IMG/VR virus record: IMGVR_UViG_3300005096_000097
Span: 1 to 59,270 of that record
Strand: one strand, 5' to 3'
Origin: a virus
Taxonomy: Duplodnaviria > Caudoviricetes
Length of the DNA stretch: 59,270 bases
Part shown: piece after piece, positions 1-9,661 of the stretch
How positions within the stretch are numbered: the first letter of the stretch is position 1
Layout of the letters: every line of letters starts with the position of its first letter
The notes under the pieces: generated by a model
What the model was told of the DNA's origin: nothing
Seen by the model: the letters and a program-made list of their open reading frames with translations, nothing else
The model's database searches: none
Made by a program: the position numbers and the translations under genes

Positions 1-72
1 GTCGAATAGGCGCGACAAATCAAGGCTGTTGGGCATGATTTGAGTTTCGCCACGTACTAGTGTGAGAGCCAT
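1..72 (-). CDS. 5' end of a gene truncated by the window edge, probably virion structural (MALTLVRGETQIMPNSLDLSRLFD...)
   Basis: ATG at 72 with purine-rich RBS (AAGGGGAA); open to the window edge; co-directional with the structural operon. Confidence 0.5.
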   Translation of the reverse strand, partial: MALTLVRGETQIMPNSLDLSRLFD

Positions 73-126
73 AAAGTTCCCCTTTTCAAAATAGATTAGT
101 CGTAGTTCACTACAACTCTGTTGTGT

Positions 127-1041
127 CTATGATTCGTATCGCACGGTGAGGAGGTCACCCACTCGGATATCGGAAGTGGGTTCAAAGGTGATAGTCACAC
201 CACTGATGGTATACTCGCGACCTGAGGTTGCCATCACCCCATTGACATATACAAGCTCGCTACCAAGCACTGGTGTATAGGTCAGAATAATTACTTTCCC
301 AGCAACAATGCCGGCATCCACATCAAAGACGTCCTGACGTTGGGTTGTTGAAGGTCCTCCGCCACCATCACTCGGGAGCTTTGGTCTATAAGGTAATAGG
401 ATACCTTCGGTTTCAGATATCGCGAAGAGTCGGGGGACACTCACATCCAGAGGGTCTGTTAAGGTGATGTCTCCAGATCCGTCCGTCTCCACATAGTAGA
501 CGCGACCTGGTAACAACCCGGGTGCTTGACAGAATGGACCGATAGGTTTGTAGCAGAAGTGGTCCATATCTTCAACGGACACAACTGAAGCTACTGAATC
601 ATCAACGAGGGTGGCTGAGGGGTCAAATGACTGGGTCCATTCTCCGGTATTAGAGTCCAAAGTGATCCAGTTACCCGCTGCTAAGCCATGGTTTATTTGA
701 GTGACACAACGCTGAGTCGAAGGTTGTTCGACACGTCCACCTGTGGTATCTACCTCAGTTGTAACAAGTAAAGTCGAGACGGCATCTCCGAAAGCTGCTC
801 TTAGTCGGTCACTCGTGTCGGCAAGAACAATAACACTGGTCGTTGTAAGATCCCAGTATCCGGGGGCTCGTTGGTCTAAAGTGATTGCAGATTCTGCACC
901 ACGGCCTAGGATTTGACATACCCTAGCCTCGTGTGTCAAGGAAATACCTGATTGGGCAATTCCTAGGGGGCAGGAGTCCGTGATTAGAGCACTACCCCGG
1001 CTGGACTGCCCGGCGGGGCAGCTAATCATTGTCCGGGACAT
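127..1041 (-). CDS. putative virion structural protein (beta-rich; C-terminal fibre/decoration-type domain)
   Basis: 304 aa ORF downstream of the capsid; C-terminal 'ELVYVNGV...EYTISG..ITF......GDLLTVRY' motif typical of phage virion beta-sandwich repeats. Confidence 0.55.
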   Translation of the reverse strand: MSRTMISCPAGQSSRGSALITDSCPLGIAQSGISLTHEARVCQILGRGAESAITLDQRAPGYWDLTTTSVIVLADTSDRLRAAFGDAVSTLLVTTEVDTTGGRVEQPSTQRCVTQINHGLAAGNWITLDSNTGEWTQSFDPSATLVDDSVASVVSVEDMDHFCYKPIGPFCQAPGLLPGRVYYVETDGSGDITLTDPLDVSVPRLFAISETEGILLPYRPKLPSDGGGGPSTTQRQDVFDVDAGIVAGKVIILTYTPVLGSELVYVNGVMATSGREYTISGVTITFEPTSDIRVGDLLTVRYES

Positions 1042-1068
1042 AAACTTACTTTCTAAACAGGAGCCTGG

Positions 1069-1335
1069 TTAATTACCACCACTTGCTTGAATGAACGCTC
1101 CGATTAGATTTCCGCTCAAATCTTTCACTGCTAGTGCAATTACTGCGGTTGCAAATATCCAGAACAAACGGGTCTGAAAGACACCTCGCTGTTCCAGGCG
1201 GTCAGTTCTGAGTACAAGACCTGGTTTCCCATTCCCTAGAAGACATGTTTTAATCTCGTCACATACCTTCTCAATGCTCTCAATCTTCACCCCCTGCGCA
1301 GACTGCTCTGCGATGATCTCGTTAAGCTCTGACAT
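1069..1335 (-). CDS. small coiled-coil plus single-TM membrane protein (holin/haemolysin XhlA-like)
   Basis: 88 aa from ATG 1335 with GGAG RBS; N-terminal coiled coil, 'LLGNGKPGL', C-terminal hydrophobic helix LFWIFATAVIALAV. Confidence 0.55.
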   Translation of the reverse strand: MSELNEIIAEQSAQGVKIESIEKVCDEIKTCLLGNGKPGLVLRTDRLEQRGVFQTRLFWIFATAVIALAVKDLSGNLIGAFIQASGGN

Positions 1336-1370
1336 AATGACTCCGTCCATTGTGGTTAGGAAAGAGCTGC

Positions 1371-1395
1371 ACCTCCCGCCCCTGTGGCGGGAGGT
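1371..1395 (-). terminator. GC-rich hairpin after the capsid gene (possible terminator/attenuator)
   Basis: ACCTCCCGCC-N5-GGCGGGAGGT perfect 10-bp stem 25 nt past the capsid stop; weak U-tract. Confidence 0.5.
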
Positions 1396-1420
1396 AAACA
1401 GCTTTGAAGGACAGAATCTC

Positions 1421-2830
1421 TTAGCCAAGCATGATGACGCCCAGGTCAGTATCAAGGACAGCCACACCTGCGAGCATGTCCAGTGTGATCACTGTACCCT
1501 GCTGTGCGAGGTTGTACTGCATCGAAACTCGCATGGAGATGTCGTTGTGGACACCAACTTGCGAACGAACGCCAAGGTCAGATGCTGGCAGAGCCAGAGG
1601 ACGATTGACCAAAGCCAAGGCATCCTTGTGGAAGCCCATGTTGAAGCTACCAGCCGGTCCAGGGAACGCTGGGTCGTTATCATTGATTGCCAATTCCAGA
1701 GGACGATCCGTGAGGATACTCTGAACGGTACCACTGATAATTTCGCTCTCGATGATGGTGTACACCCGGCGTGCAGCACCCGTTCCGAAAGCGATGAGCT
1801 GACCAACCTGTGGGGGCTTGCCAGTTGCAAAACCATCAACATTGATTGGCAGATTGACGCCTGCGGCATAACTGGCAGCCGCTGCACATGCAGAGTAGAT
1901 ATTGACAACAGCACCCGAGGCAGTGTCTGATTCCAGACCTGCATCCAGCGTGATATCACCAACATCACCTACGACATTCGTGAATGCCACGATGTGTCGA
2001 GGTTGGTCATCACCAGCAACCGTGACATACTCGCCACCAACAGCGTTGTAACCAATAACGGTGACGTCGATGAAGGTGTCACCGACACTGTCCGCACCAT
2101 CTGTCACGCCAGCAGAGACATCGCTATCCACAACTCGGGTGGAGGCAATGTTTTGGTCGAGCCAGAAATCAAAGCCCAGAAGGCGACCAAGGGATGCTTC
2201 TTCAAGAGCTGAACCATCATCACCACGTTCGTTAGCACGTAGGAAGAGGTCCGTCTTCAGGAGAGCAGTTTCACTCGAAGGCGAAACAATCATGTTACGC
2301 CGTTGGACGTGTGCCTTGTTCTCGTTCAACTTTTGACGAGCATCAAGGATGGTGTTTCGTGCGTTAGCACCACTGAGTGTTCCCAGACCACCAACTGCGT
2401 TTGCAAGGTAGGCATGTGCCTGACCAAGAACTACGCGGTCAATCGCGCGGGCGACATTCTGCATACCAGGAAGCAAGTGCAGGTCAACCAGGTCTTGGAA
2501 GGACTTCGACGCTTCGCCATCCTTGATGGTGAAGTTGGTGTAGAAGTGCTGGTTCAGCGGCACTTGGACGTTGACCGTGTTCGCATCTTGACCGAGTACA
2601 GGGTCATTGTCACCCTTACGTCGAATCTTGAATTGACCAGGTCGGCGAGTGTTGACAACATCGCCAAAATTGGCAACATCATTCGAGAAATCTCTGTGGA
2701 CCAAGGCCGCTGCGACCATGTTCTCTTCGAGGATTGCAAGACCCATGTTTGCCCAGATCTCCGGGATCATGGCGTCATTGTCATTGATGTACAAAGCCAC
2801 TACAGGCGTGGCAAGGTAAAGAAAGTTCAT
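1421..2830 (-). CDS. major capsid protein, P22 coat (gp5)-like HK97 fold with insertion domains
   Basis: 469 aa; 'IPEIWA', 'GDVVNTRRP', 'GRLLGFDFWLDQN', 'NMGFHKDALALVNRPL', 'ITLDMLAGVAVL' match the P22-coat-like pattern; follows the scaffold. Confidence 0.88.
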   Translation of the reverse strand: MNFLYLATPVVALYINDNDAMIPEIWANMGLAILEENMVAAALVHRDFSNDVANFGDVVNTRRPGQFKIRRKGDNDPVLGQDANTVNVQVPLNQHFYTNFTIKDGEASKSFQDLVDLHLLPGMQNVARAIDRVVLGQAHAYLANAVGGLGTLSGANARNTILDARQKLNENKAHVQRRNMIVSPSSETALLKTDLFLRANERGDDGSALEEASLGRLLGFDFWLDQNIASTRVVDSDVSAGVTDGADSVGDTFIDVTVIGYNAVGGEYVTVAGDDQPRHIVAFTNVVGDVGDITLDAGLESDTASGAVVNIYSACAAAASYAAGVNLPINVDGFATGKPPQVGQLIAFGTGAARRVYTIIESEIISGTVQSILTDRPLELAINDNDPAFPGPAGSFNMGFHKDALALVNRPLALPASDLGVRSQVGVHNDISMRVSMQYNLAQQGTVITLDMLAGVAVLDTDLGVIMLG

Positions 2831-2929
2831 TACTTGTTTCTCCGAGGGGAGTTGAATTTAAGGGATAATCACTCAACGATGAGTGGGGGCACTCAACATT
2901 GAGTGCGAAGATTGAAAGTCCCCGTTTGC

Positions 2930-3847
2930 TTATCGCTGCTTTCGGTCGCGAAGCCCTAACTTGGACGGGTCATCCTTGTAGAGCTTAAACCATTGATCAG
3001 TAGTTAGTTCCTTCTGGTCAATACGTCCGTCTGCACCCGGTTGGATACCACCGGTGGTTGAATTGCCTCCGACACCAGATACCACATTACTCTTGAACAG
3101 GTTGGGTTGCAATTCTTTCAACCGGTCAATGGCATCCATCGGGGTCCGTTGAGTGATGATAGCCTTCTGAGTGTCTGCATCAACATCAGGTAGATCCACC
3201 ATCGGGGTCAGTTCGCCAGTTTTCACGCCGTTCTCGTCAACAGCATCGACTAGCTTTGTCCATTCGCGGACAACTGACAGAATCTGGGCGGGCAGGAATG
3301 CGTCATTTGCATGTGCGGCGTCCATAAGTGATTTCTCAATCAGGAACTGCTTATACTTGTTTTCCCAAGTAATCGCAGCTTCTTTGTATCCGACCAGCTC
3401 ACTCTCATACTTCTCAGTGAGCTGGTTCTTCTCGTGCTTGGCTTGCTCTTCTTTTGAGCGGTGTTGCTTTCGCAAATCCTCCAAGCTTTGTTCCAGTTGG
3501 GTTCGGTCCTCGTCCGAGAGGGCTTTCGTCGCAAGTACATCTTGATAGGACTTTTCAAGTCCCTTGTACTTGTCGTCATGTTTCTTTCGGTCTTTCGCAA
3601 GTCGGTCTTGAACGATCTTGTTTACCGCATCTTGGTCAAAACGCGCCTCTGGATTTACATCAACCAGGGCGTTTGGGTCATCACCAACCATACCAAGACC
3701 ACCTGTACCAGGGGCTGGTGGGGTTGGGTCAATCGGGGTGACTACACCAACGGGGGCTCCATCTTCGCCATCATAGAGGGCGAGGACTGGGTTGGCCAGG
3801 TGTCGGGAATCGAGGAAACGAACATTAAGGGGGTTACGGAACGTCAT
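2930..3847 (-). CDS. capsid scaffolding protein
   Basis: ATG 3847 with GGAG RBS; Pro/Gly-rich N-terminus, 'FDQDAVNKIVQDRLAK' plus long coiled coil, 'PNLFKS...GVGG' tail; directly upstream of the capsid. Confidence 0.8.
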   Translation of the reverse strand: MTFRNPLNVRFLDSRHLANPVLALYDGEDGAPVGVVTPIDPTPPAPGTGGLGMVGDDPNALVDVNPEARFDQDAVNKIVQDRLAKDRKKHDDKYKGLEKSYQDVLATKALSDEDRTQLEQSLEDLRKQHRSKEEQAKHEKNQLTEKYESELVGYKEAAITWENKYKQFLIEKSLMDAAHANDAFLPAQILSVVREWTKLVDAVDENGVKTGELTPMVDLPDVDADTQKAIITQRTPMDAIDRLKELQPNLFKSNVVSGVGGNSTTGGIQPGADGRIDQKELTTDQWFKLYKDDPSKLGLRDRKQR

Positions 3848-3982
3848 TGCTTCTCCAAAGTACCTCACAAGGGTAGAATATGCTGCCCAGCCGTGAGTAT
3901 TCCGGGACAACCCTGCTCTGAGGTGGCGCCAAACAAGGTCACTACCCAGCAGTATTTGAGCAAACAAGCTCGAAAACGCAAT

Positions 3983-4540
3983 CTAACTGACACGTGTGAG
4001 GATAATTCTGTCCTCGTCGTACAGGAAGGGTTTCAACCATCGCCACGCTAATGCGTTGGGCACATAGTTGATGATGTGTTCAATTGGCACATGGCTCCGG
4101 CTGTACGCAACACGGACAGACGCATATCCTTGGCTAAGAACACCTAAGTTCTCCAACTCAATCTCGGGGTCTTTACCATCGAGAAGGGAATGGGAGATTT
4201 CATAACAGGCACAGATAACATCTTGGGGAGGTGCCGTGTCATGTCCTCGGGGGAACGCTAGGTTCTGAGACAGCGATGCCTCTTGAACCCCATGCTGGGT
4301 GACACACCCAGCGTCAATGGCTTGTTGAGCGTAGCATTGTGTGCAACCGTTCGTGTCCATCAAGGTCTGAATGGAAGATTTATTACCCTTCCAGTTCAGG
4401 GTGTCAATAATACGTGTGGCAGCTATCAAAGCCTTGGGACGGTCAGTGGGTTTTGCGCGAGTCCAGGCAAATTCGTGGAGTCGGTTGGCAAAGTAATCAG
4501 TGGCGTCCGCTACCGTACCATAATGGTCCGTGTAGTCCAT
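3983..4540 (-). CDS. head-tail adaptor/connector (DnaT-like family)
   Basis: 'YGTVADATDYF', 'ALIAATRIID', 'QNLAFPR' motifs; adjacent to the portal. Confidence 0.7.
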   Translation of the reverse strand: MDYTDHYGTVADATDYFANRLHEFAWTRAKPTDRPKALIAATRIIDTLNWKGNKSSIQTLMDTNGCTQCYAQQAIDAGCVTQHGVQEASLSQNLAFPRGHDTAPPQDVICACYEISHSLLDGKDPEIELENLGVLSQGYASVRVAYSRSHVPIEHIINYVPNALAWRWLKPFLYDEDRIILTRVS

Positions 4541-6408
4541 TAGGAGTCACCTTTCTTTACTCGCTTACCTTTACCGCGAACCTTAGGTTTTCGGTCAGGT
4601 TGTAAATCCTTATTCCGGGAGTCTGCCTTTTCGTCTTTCGCCTTAGTTGGGTCCACATCCGCAGTTGGGTTTCCCCTCGCTGCTTCCGTACCTGGCTCGG
4701 CAACCAGTCCTTGACCCTGTGATGTCTGGGCAGCTTGGATACGGATTAACCGTTTCATTGCATCCTCTTGGGCTGCCTTAATCTCAGTCTTATCAAACCC
4801 AAGGGCCAGAGATGCAGTGGATTCTCCGACCAGTCCTGCTTCCACAGCAGCAATAATGACGTCAGGATCACTTGTCGTGAATTTGGCTTCACTGATTTCC
4901 TTGTTGATTTCTTCAATCTTCTCAACACTAACACGACCACTGAGCAACACTGCGACCAGGTTCTTCCACATTTCTTGACGGGCAGTCTTGGACGGGGTGG
5001 TCTGGATGAGTGCTGAAAGCTCTTGTGCTTCCCGGACACGGTCCGCATCATCTTTGAGGCTGTACCGATCAGGGTATTTTACAATTGCTACAAGACGCTT
5101 CTTCTTATTGGCGTCTTCATATGATGCCCACAGGTCCGCAACTCGCCGCTCGGCACTCTCTAGAACAAGTCCAATAAAGGAGAGACCGGCTTCAAGACCC
5201 TGGTTATCCATTGATTTGGACTCTGCCGAGGCTCGGCTAGCCATAGTCTGGACTGCGAGGTTGACAAGCTTCCGAATACCCGCTTCTAGTCTGTCTTGGA
5301 GCTGCATGGAAGCCAAGAGGGGTTCCGAGGAGGGGTGTATAAACCCTGGTCGATCAGCTTTCATGTCATAGGCTCGACCTTGGGTCGGTCCGGTTGACAT
5401 ATCCCGTAAGTGGGTCTGTTGGCCTCCAGCTTCCGCAGTGCCATCCGCAGACATGCTCTGTTTGAGATGGTCCCCCACCCCACGCATGTCCCTCTGTTCG
5501 GTATAGAAGGGGAAGTTTGACTTGAAAGCATAACTGACGTCACTGGAACCTAAGTTCAACAACGCCGACTGGTGGTACGACACATCCGTTAGGATGGAAC
5601 CATCAATGTCCGGCATAATGAATGGGATGCGGTCCAGGTTCAGTTCAGTGGGACCCTCTGAGAAGCCTCCGTCACGGCTAATAGGGTGACCATCCTCATT
5701 GTAGAACTGCATATTGACTTTACCAGTTGTCTGGTCAATCCACAGTAATCGGTACCGTTCAAAACCATCCAAGGGGAGGAGGGTCTGAGGGTCATAATTC
5801 ATGCAGCTATCCCGCAAGAGCAATGACTGGAACTCACTGGGGTCCTCAGGTCGGGCACATCTCCAGGATAGGATGTCTTCAATTCGGTAGAGGTAGAGGT
5901 AAGGGTGTGTACCCTGGGCGTCTGCCAGGGACGGGGAAAGACCATCGGTGCGGGTGATGACTGGATTGTCAACAAAGATGCCCACACGTCCCATAACAAG
6001 GAGTTCCGTGAGGACATTCATCCCCATGAAGGCATTCATGGTGGAGCCCCGGAGATCAACACCTAAATCAAGACCTTGGATAGCCCGTGTGTAACTGTGA
6101 CTACCATCCCGACGAACAACATCACGGAGGCGTTGGAAGATACTATTCCGAATATCATTCACGGCTGCGGCGGCAAACGCTGGGACTGGGGTCATGTCCC
6201 GCCTGTTGTGGAAGTCCGCAGTATCTTCTTTCTGGTCGTACTTCTTCAAGTACTTCAGGACGTATTGACGACCACCTCGGTATGTCCGCCGCCACCTATC
6301 CCACTCCCCAGAATCGGCTAAGTAGCTTGGGTGCCGAGAACTTATGATATCAGACTTGCCAGTCTTACCCCACATATTATCGGTTCGTGGTTGTACAGTG
6401 GACGTCAT
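4540..6408 (-). CDS. portal protein
   Basis: 622 aa directly after TerL; 'HPSY...W...R..Y.GG..Y..KYL', 'GRVGIFVDNP', 'LDRIPF', 'SAESK' resemble DUF4055/SPP1-type portals. Confidence 0.8.
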   Translation of the reverse strand: MTSTVQPRTDNMWGKTGKSDIISSRHPSYLADSGEWDRWRRTYRGGRQYVLKYLKKYDQKEDTADFHNRRDMTPVPAFAAAAVNDIRNSIFQRLRDVVRRDGSHSYTRAIQGLDLGVDLRGSTMNAFMGMNVLTELLVMGRVGIFVDNPVITRTDGLSPSLADAQGTHPYLYLYRIEDILSWRCARPEDPSEFQSLLLRDSCMNYDPQTLLPLDGFERYRLLWIDQTTGKVNMQFYNEDGHPISRDGGFSEGPTELNLDRIPFIMPDIDGSILTDVSYHQSALLNLGSSDVSYAFKSNFPFYTEQRDMRGVGDHLKQSMSADGTAEAGGQQTHLRDMSTGPTQGRAYDMKADRPGFIHPSSEPLLASMQLQDRLEAGIRKLVNLAVQTMASRASAESKSMDNQGLEAGLSFIGLVLESAERRVADLWASYEDANKKKRLVAIVKYPDRYSLKDDADRVREAQELSALIQTTPSKTARQEMWKNLVAVLLSGRVSVEKIEEINKEISEAKFTTSDPDVIIAAVEAGLVGESTASLALGFDKTEIKAAQEDAMKRLIRIQAAQTSQGQGLVAEPGTEAARGNPTADVDPTKAKDEKADSRNKDLQPDRKPKVRGKGKRVKKGDS

Positions 6409-6421
6409 TACCTACTCCAGT

Positions 6422-8131
6422 TTACAGGAAGGAACTAATGTCCTGACCCTGAACGTATGATGCTGCTAGAGGCAGCGAAATTTCACAGTAACAGCGGGCA
6501 TGAGCATAGTGATCAGCACCCGTCTTCACATAGACGGCTCGTAAGTTGCCATTTTCATCTTTCTCGTATGTCCGAATCAGATTCTGCATATGGCTACGTG
6601 GTTCCAGCCCCATGTCACGGGGGAGTGCAATCCTGTCTTCAACATGGAACCGACCGAAGGAGCAATCAAGCCAGTTTGTTCGGTCCACCGTTGCAATTTG
6701 AATCTGATTTCCATCCTCAGATAGTTGGATGTCTTTCTGGGAGACACCTCGCCGATACCGGCATAAGGTGACATACCCGGGGAATCGTTGCGCAAATCGA
6801 CGGGCTTCAAGGGTGTTGGGGTCCGCGTCAATCACACAGTGCAGGATTTGCCACTCTCGCATGAGTGCATCTAAGCGGGTCCAGCCGTTCTCAGCTTTGC
6901 CGTTGAATTTCCCGTGCCAGACATTCTTTGCCTTGGCTATGACGTTGATGTCTCGACCATAGCTGTCAAAGAACCATTCATCAATCCAGACGTGGCACCA
7001 ATCACCTTGATCGACACCCATTGTAATGAATCGATTCTCGCCAACCTTTGGGCGAACATCGTCCATACCATGGTTCCGAATACATCGGTCAATCTTATCG
7101 TCCGTGACTTGGCCCCCTTCAGGGACGAAGGGTTGACCTAGTTTGGATTTGTAAAACTCGGACATTGCCCCTTCGTCACCCATACCTCGGTGGTATGCCA
7201 TGGCGATTTTCTTAGGGGACACTGTGAAGCTGTACAACTGGTTGATATTAAAACCACGTTGGTCTTTGTCGGCATTATGATCAGTGGGTAACCAGCCCCC
7301 TGACTTCAGATAGGTTGGTTTCTCTTTATGTTCCAACTTGTGCTGACACTCCATGCACTTTAGGTGGGACTTGGCACAATCCGGGTCATTGACAGTTTCA
7401 CCACGTAGCTCAAAGGACTCAGGCCACACCATCTCAATGCTTTTGCTACAGTGAGGACACTTGAAGTAAAAGTGCTCTTGGGTAGTCGCCTGGTATAGCT
7501 TGTGGATTCCATGATTTGGGACAGTCGGGGTCGAGATCGCCCAGATGTTCTGGGTTACTTGACCACTAAGACGCTCGAATGCTAACCAAATCTGCTCCTG
7601 TGCCATCTCATCGACTTCGTCCAAGATAAGCTCGGACACAGGGATGGATTTTAGGTTACTGTCACCCCGTGAACCACGGATGTACAAGGTGTTTGCACCA
7701 GCTTGCTTCAGGTTTACTGTATTCGTATCAGTAAACATGTTCTTGAGGTACGAGGAGTACTGCAAAGCTGGAGCGAAACGTGACCTGGAAAAGTCGGAGG
7801 CATTCAAAGATGTTGGGAGTACATATAACACATCACGATTGAGGATGTCTAAGATGAAGAAGGCCCGGTTAATCCCAATCTCCGTAAACCCCATCTGGGC
7901 AGCTTTCATGGAGACATTGAAACTCGCGATGGAGTCATGGGGTCCCCTTGCCCAAGGATGGTATTTGAAACCATAGTTTCCTGCAAAATCACCACCCATG
8001 ATTCTGCGTTCTTCTGCCCACCGCGAACATGTCGTGAGGGTCTTTGTTCGGATACCTGCGACAATAGCTTCTCTCAGGTCATCGACGAGTTCTTCACTGG
8101 CCATCCGGTATCCTTGTGTGTCTGAGACCAT
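6422..8131 (-). CDS. terL: terminase large subunit, lambda GpA-like
   Basis: Walker A variant 'KAAQMGFTE', Walker B 'LILDEVDEM', 'ISTPT', CPHC...CMEC zinc site, nuclease 'ITMGVDQG'. Confidence 0.92.
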   Translation of the reverse strand: MVSDTQGYRMASEELVDDLREAIVAGIRTKTLTTCSRWAEERRIMGGDFAGNYGFKYHPWARGPHDSIASFNVSMKAAQMGFTEIGINRAFFILDILNRDVLYVLPTSLNASDFSRSRFAPALQYSSYLKNMFTDTNTVNLKQAGANTLYIRGSRGDSNLKSIPVSELILDEVDEMAQEQIWLAFERLSGQVTQNIWAISTPTVPNHGIHKLYQATTQEHFYFKCPHCSKSIEMVWPESFELRGETVNDPDCAKSHLKCMECQHKLEHKEKPTYLKSGGWLPTDHNADKDQRGFNINQLYSFTVSPKKIAMAYHRGMGDEGAMSEFYKSKLGQPFVPEGGQVTDDKIDRCIRNHGMDDVRPKVGENRFITMGVDQGDWCHVWIDEWFFDSYGRDINVIAKAKNVWHGKFNGKAENGWTRLDALMREWQILHCVIDADPNTLEARRFAQRFPGYVTLCRYRRGVSQKDIQLSEDGNQIQIATVDRTNWLDCSFGRFHVEDRIALPRDMGLEPRSHMQNLIRTYEKDENGNLRAVYVKTGADHYAHARCYCEISLPLAASYVQGQDISSFL

Positions 8132-8233
8132 CCCAGTAGCGCGTGTTGATATTGAGCGGCCTGTTCGTTCTTGACGGTTGCGGCGGCTCGTTTTACGTCT
8201 GCTCTTTTAGACTGTTATGGTCTCATGGGGTTC

Positions 8234-8950
8234 TTAGCCGTCACGCCGTTCGATAGTGGCGTCCGCTGAATCATTGGGGCTGATATCCGAACATGGGACG
8301 TCATCACACATGTCCTGACAATGGGTATCACACTCTGATCGCGTACAATTACCTAAACCCTCACTGGCTCGCTGGTTGTTACACTCAGTCTTGCAATCTG
8401 CACCATCACATAAATCTGGTAGGATCAGGCAGCCATCTTCGCCCGTGACATGCTCGTCACTGAGTTCCACATCCCCGCATAATTTGACTGAAGGGGTTTC
8501 TTCGCCAGCGTCTTCGCCAGCGTCTTCGCCAGCGTCTTCGACAGCGTCTTCGCCAGCGTCTTCGACAGCGTCTTCGACAGCGTCTTCGACAATTGAGGTG
8601 GCTTCAATGACCAGTGGCTCAGGCTTGATGGTCTCGTCTTGGTAGATGTGTCCCCGACCAACTGGATTCCCTTGCGGGTCCACAGGGATGAGGTGGATTT
8701 CACATTCATCAAGAGGTCCGGGGAGTTTAACAATGGCTTCGATAGCACCTGGCTGTACACCACCTGTGCGGTTGAGTTCGCCTGCATGGTAAACTTCAAT
8801 CCGGGTTGCAAGTTGACTAGCCGGGATTGGAATTGTGATTCTCTGTGTCATGGGGTTCTTTGCTTTCGAGGGAAGTAATTTCCCGGCTGGCGGGGCACCC
8901 TTTACAATCGCGGGTGTGGGAGGATGTTTGTTTGTGCTGGCCTCGACCAT
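8234..8950 (-). CDS. hypothetical protein with acidic EDA(V/G) repeats and Cys-rich C-terminus
   Basis: 238 aa ORF in the operon; in-frame 12-bp tandem repeat at about 8500-8590. Confidence 0.6.
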   Translation of the reverse strand: MVEASTNKHPPTPAIVKGAPPAGKLLPSKAKNPMTQRITIPIPASQLATRIEVYHAGELNRTGGVQPGAIEAIVKLPGPLDECEIHLIPVDPQGNPVGRGHIYQDETIKPEPLVIEATSIVEDAVEDAVEDAGEDAVEDAGEDAGEDAGEETPSVKLCGDVELSDEHVTGEDGCLILPDLCDGADCKTECNNQRASEGLGNCTRSECDTHCQDMCDDVPCSDISPNDSADATIERRDG

Positions 8951-8970
8951 TATCTGGTGCGGGACCTCGC

Positions 8971-9297
8971 TCAGTTAGGGGGTTCTGTCGTACCATCCAA
9001 GTTTTCACCTTCTGGTTCATCAATGTCGGAGTCCCAGTGTCCCCATGGGCAGCACTCCGTGGGCCAGGCAAGTTTGTTGAGTGCATCTTTCGTGGCTGAC
9101 ACATTCTTGATGTGGCAACCACACTCATCACATTCGCCTGTCGTGTCCGTCTTGCGAATGTAGAGCTTGGAGGGGCAGCCTTCGCATATCTTAAACAGGT
9201 CAGCAATATAAGTGTCATCACGGAGTGGCTTCCCAGCTAGTGCCCACTTTGCATAGGCTCTGGCGAAATTGACGCCCTTCTTGATGAAACTTGCCAT
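8971..9297 (-). CDS. small Cys-rich (metal-binding) hypothetical protein
   Basis: CxxC...CxxCGC...CPWGHW pattern; GGAG RBS. Confidence 0.7.
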   Translation of the reverse strand: MASFIKKGVNFARAYAKWALAGKPLRDDTYIADLFKICEGCPSKLYIRKTDTTGECDECGCHIKNVSATKDALNKLAWPTECCPWGHWDSDIDEPEGENLDGTTEPPN

Positions 9298-9307
9298 TCC
9301 GAACTCC

Positions 9308-9661
9308 TTAAATCATGACCAACATGAGAAACATCTTCATAATGGGGATGATGTTTTCAATGACCCATGCCATGATGGCTTCCCAGTCGAGATTGTCAAA
9401 CATGCCACGGAGGGGTTTCTTGGTTTGCTTGGCATACAGACGGGCAACCTTACGCTTCCACTGCTTCCGGACTTGTACTGGTCGAACCCAACCCCCGGGG
9501 CCTTCGAGAGATAGGATTGCTGGGTAATCAATCAATTTGTCATAGATGCTAACATCTACCTGGGGGACGTGACCAGCTTTCTTTGCGGTCTCGTATGCTT
9601 GTTTCACAACAGCGTGGAACTGTTGTTCGTTGGCCCTGTCGCGTTTGGCAGAAATACTCAT
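9308..9661 (-). CDS. hypothetical protein with C-terminal amphipathic/hydrophobic helix
   Basis: 117 aa; 'LDWEAIMAWVIENIIPIMKMFLMLVMI'; coupled to the upstream gene by a TAATG overlap. Confidence 0.65.
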   Translation of the reverse strand: MSISAKRDRANEQQFHAVVKQAYETAKKAGHVPQVDVSIYDKLIDYPAILSLEGPGGWVRPVQVRKQWKRKVARLYAKQTKKPLRGMFDNLDWEAIMAWVIENIIPIMKMFLMLVMI

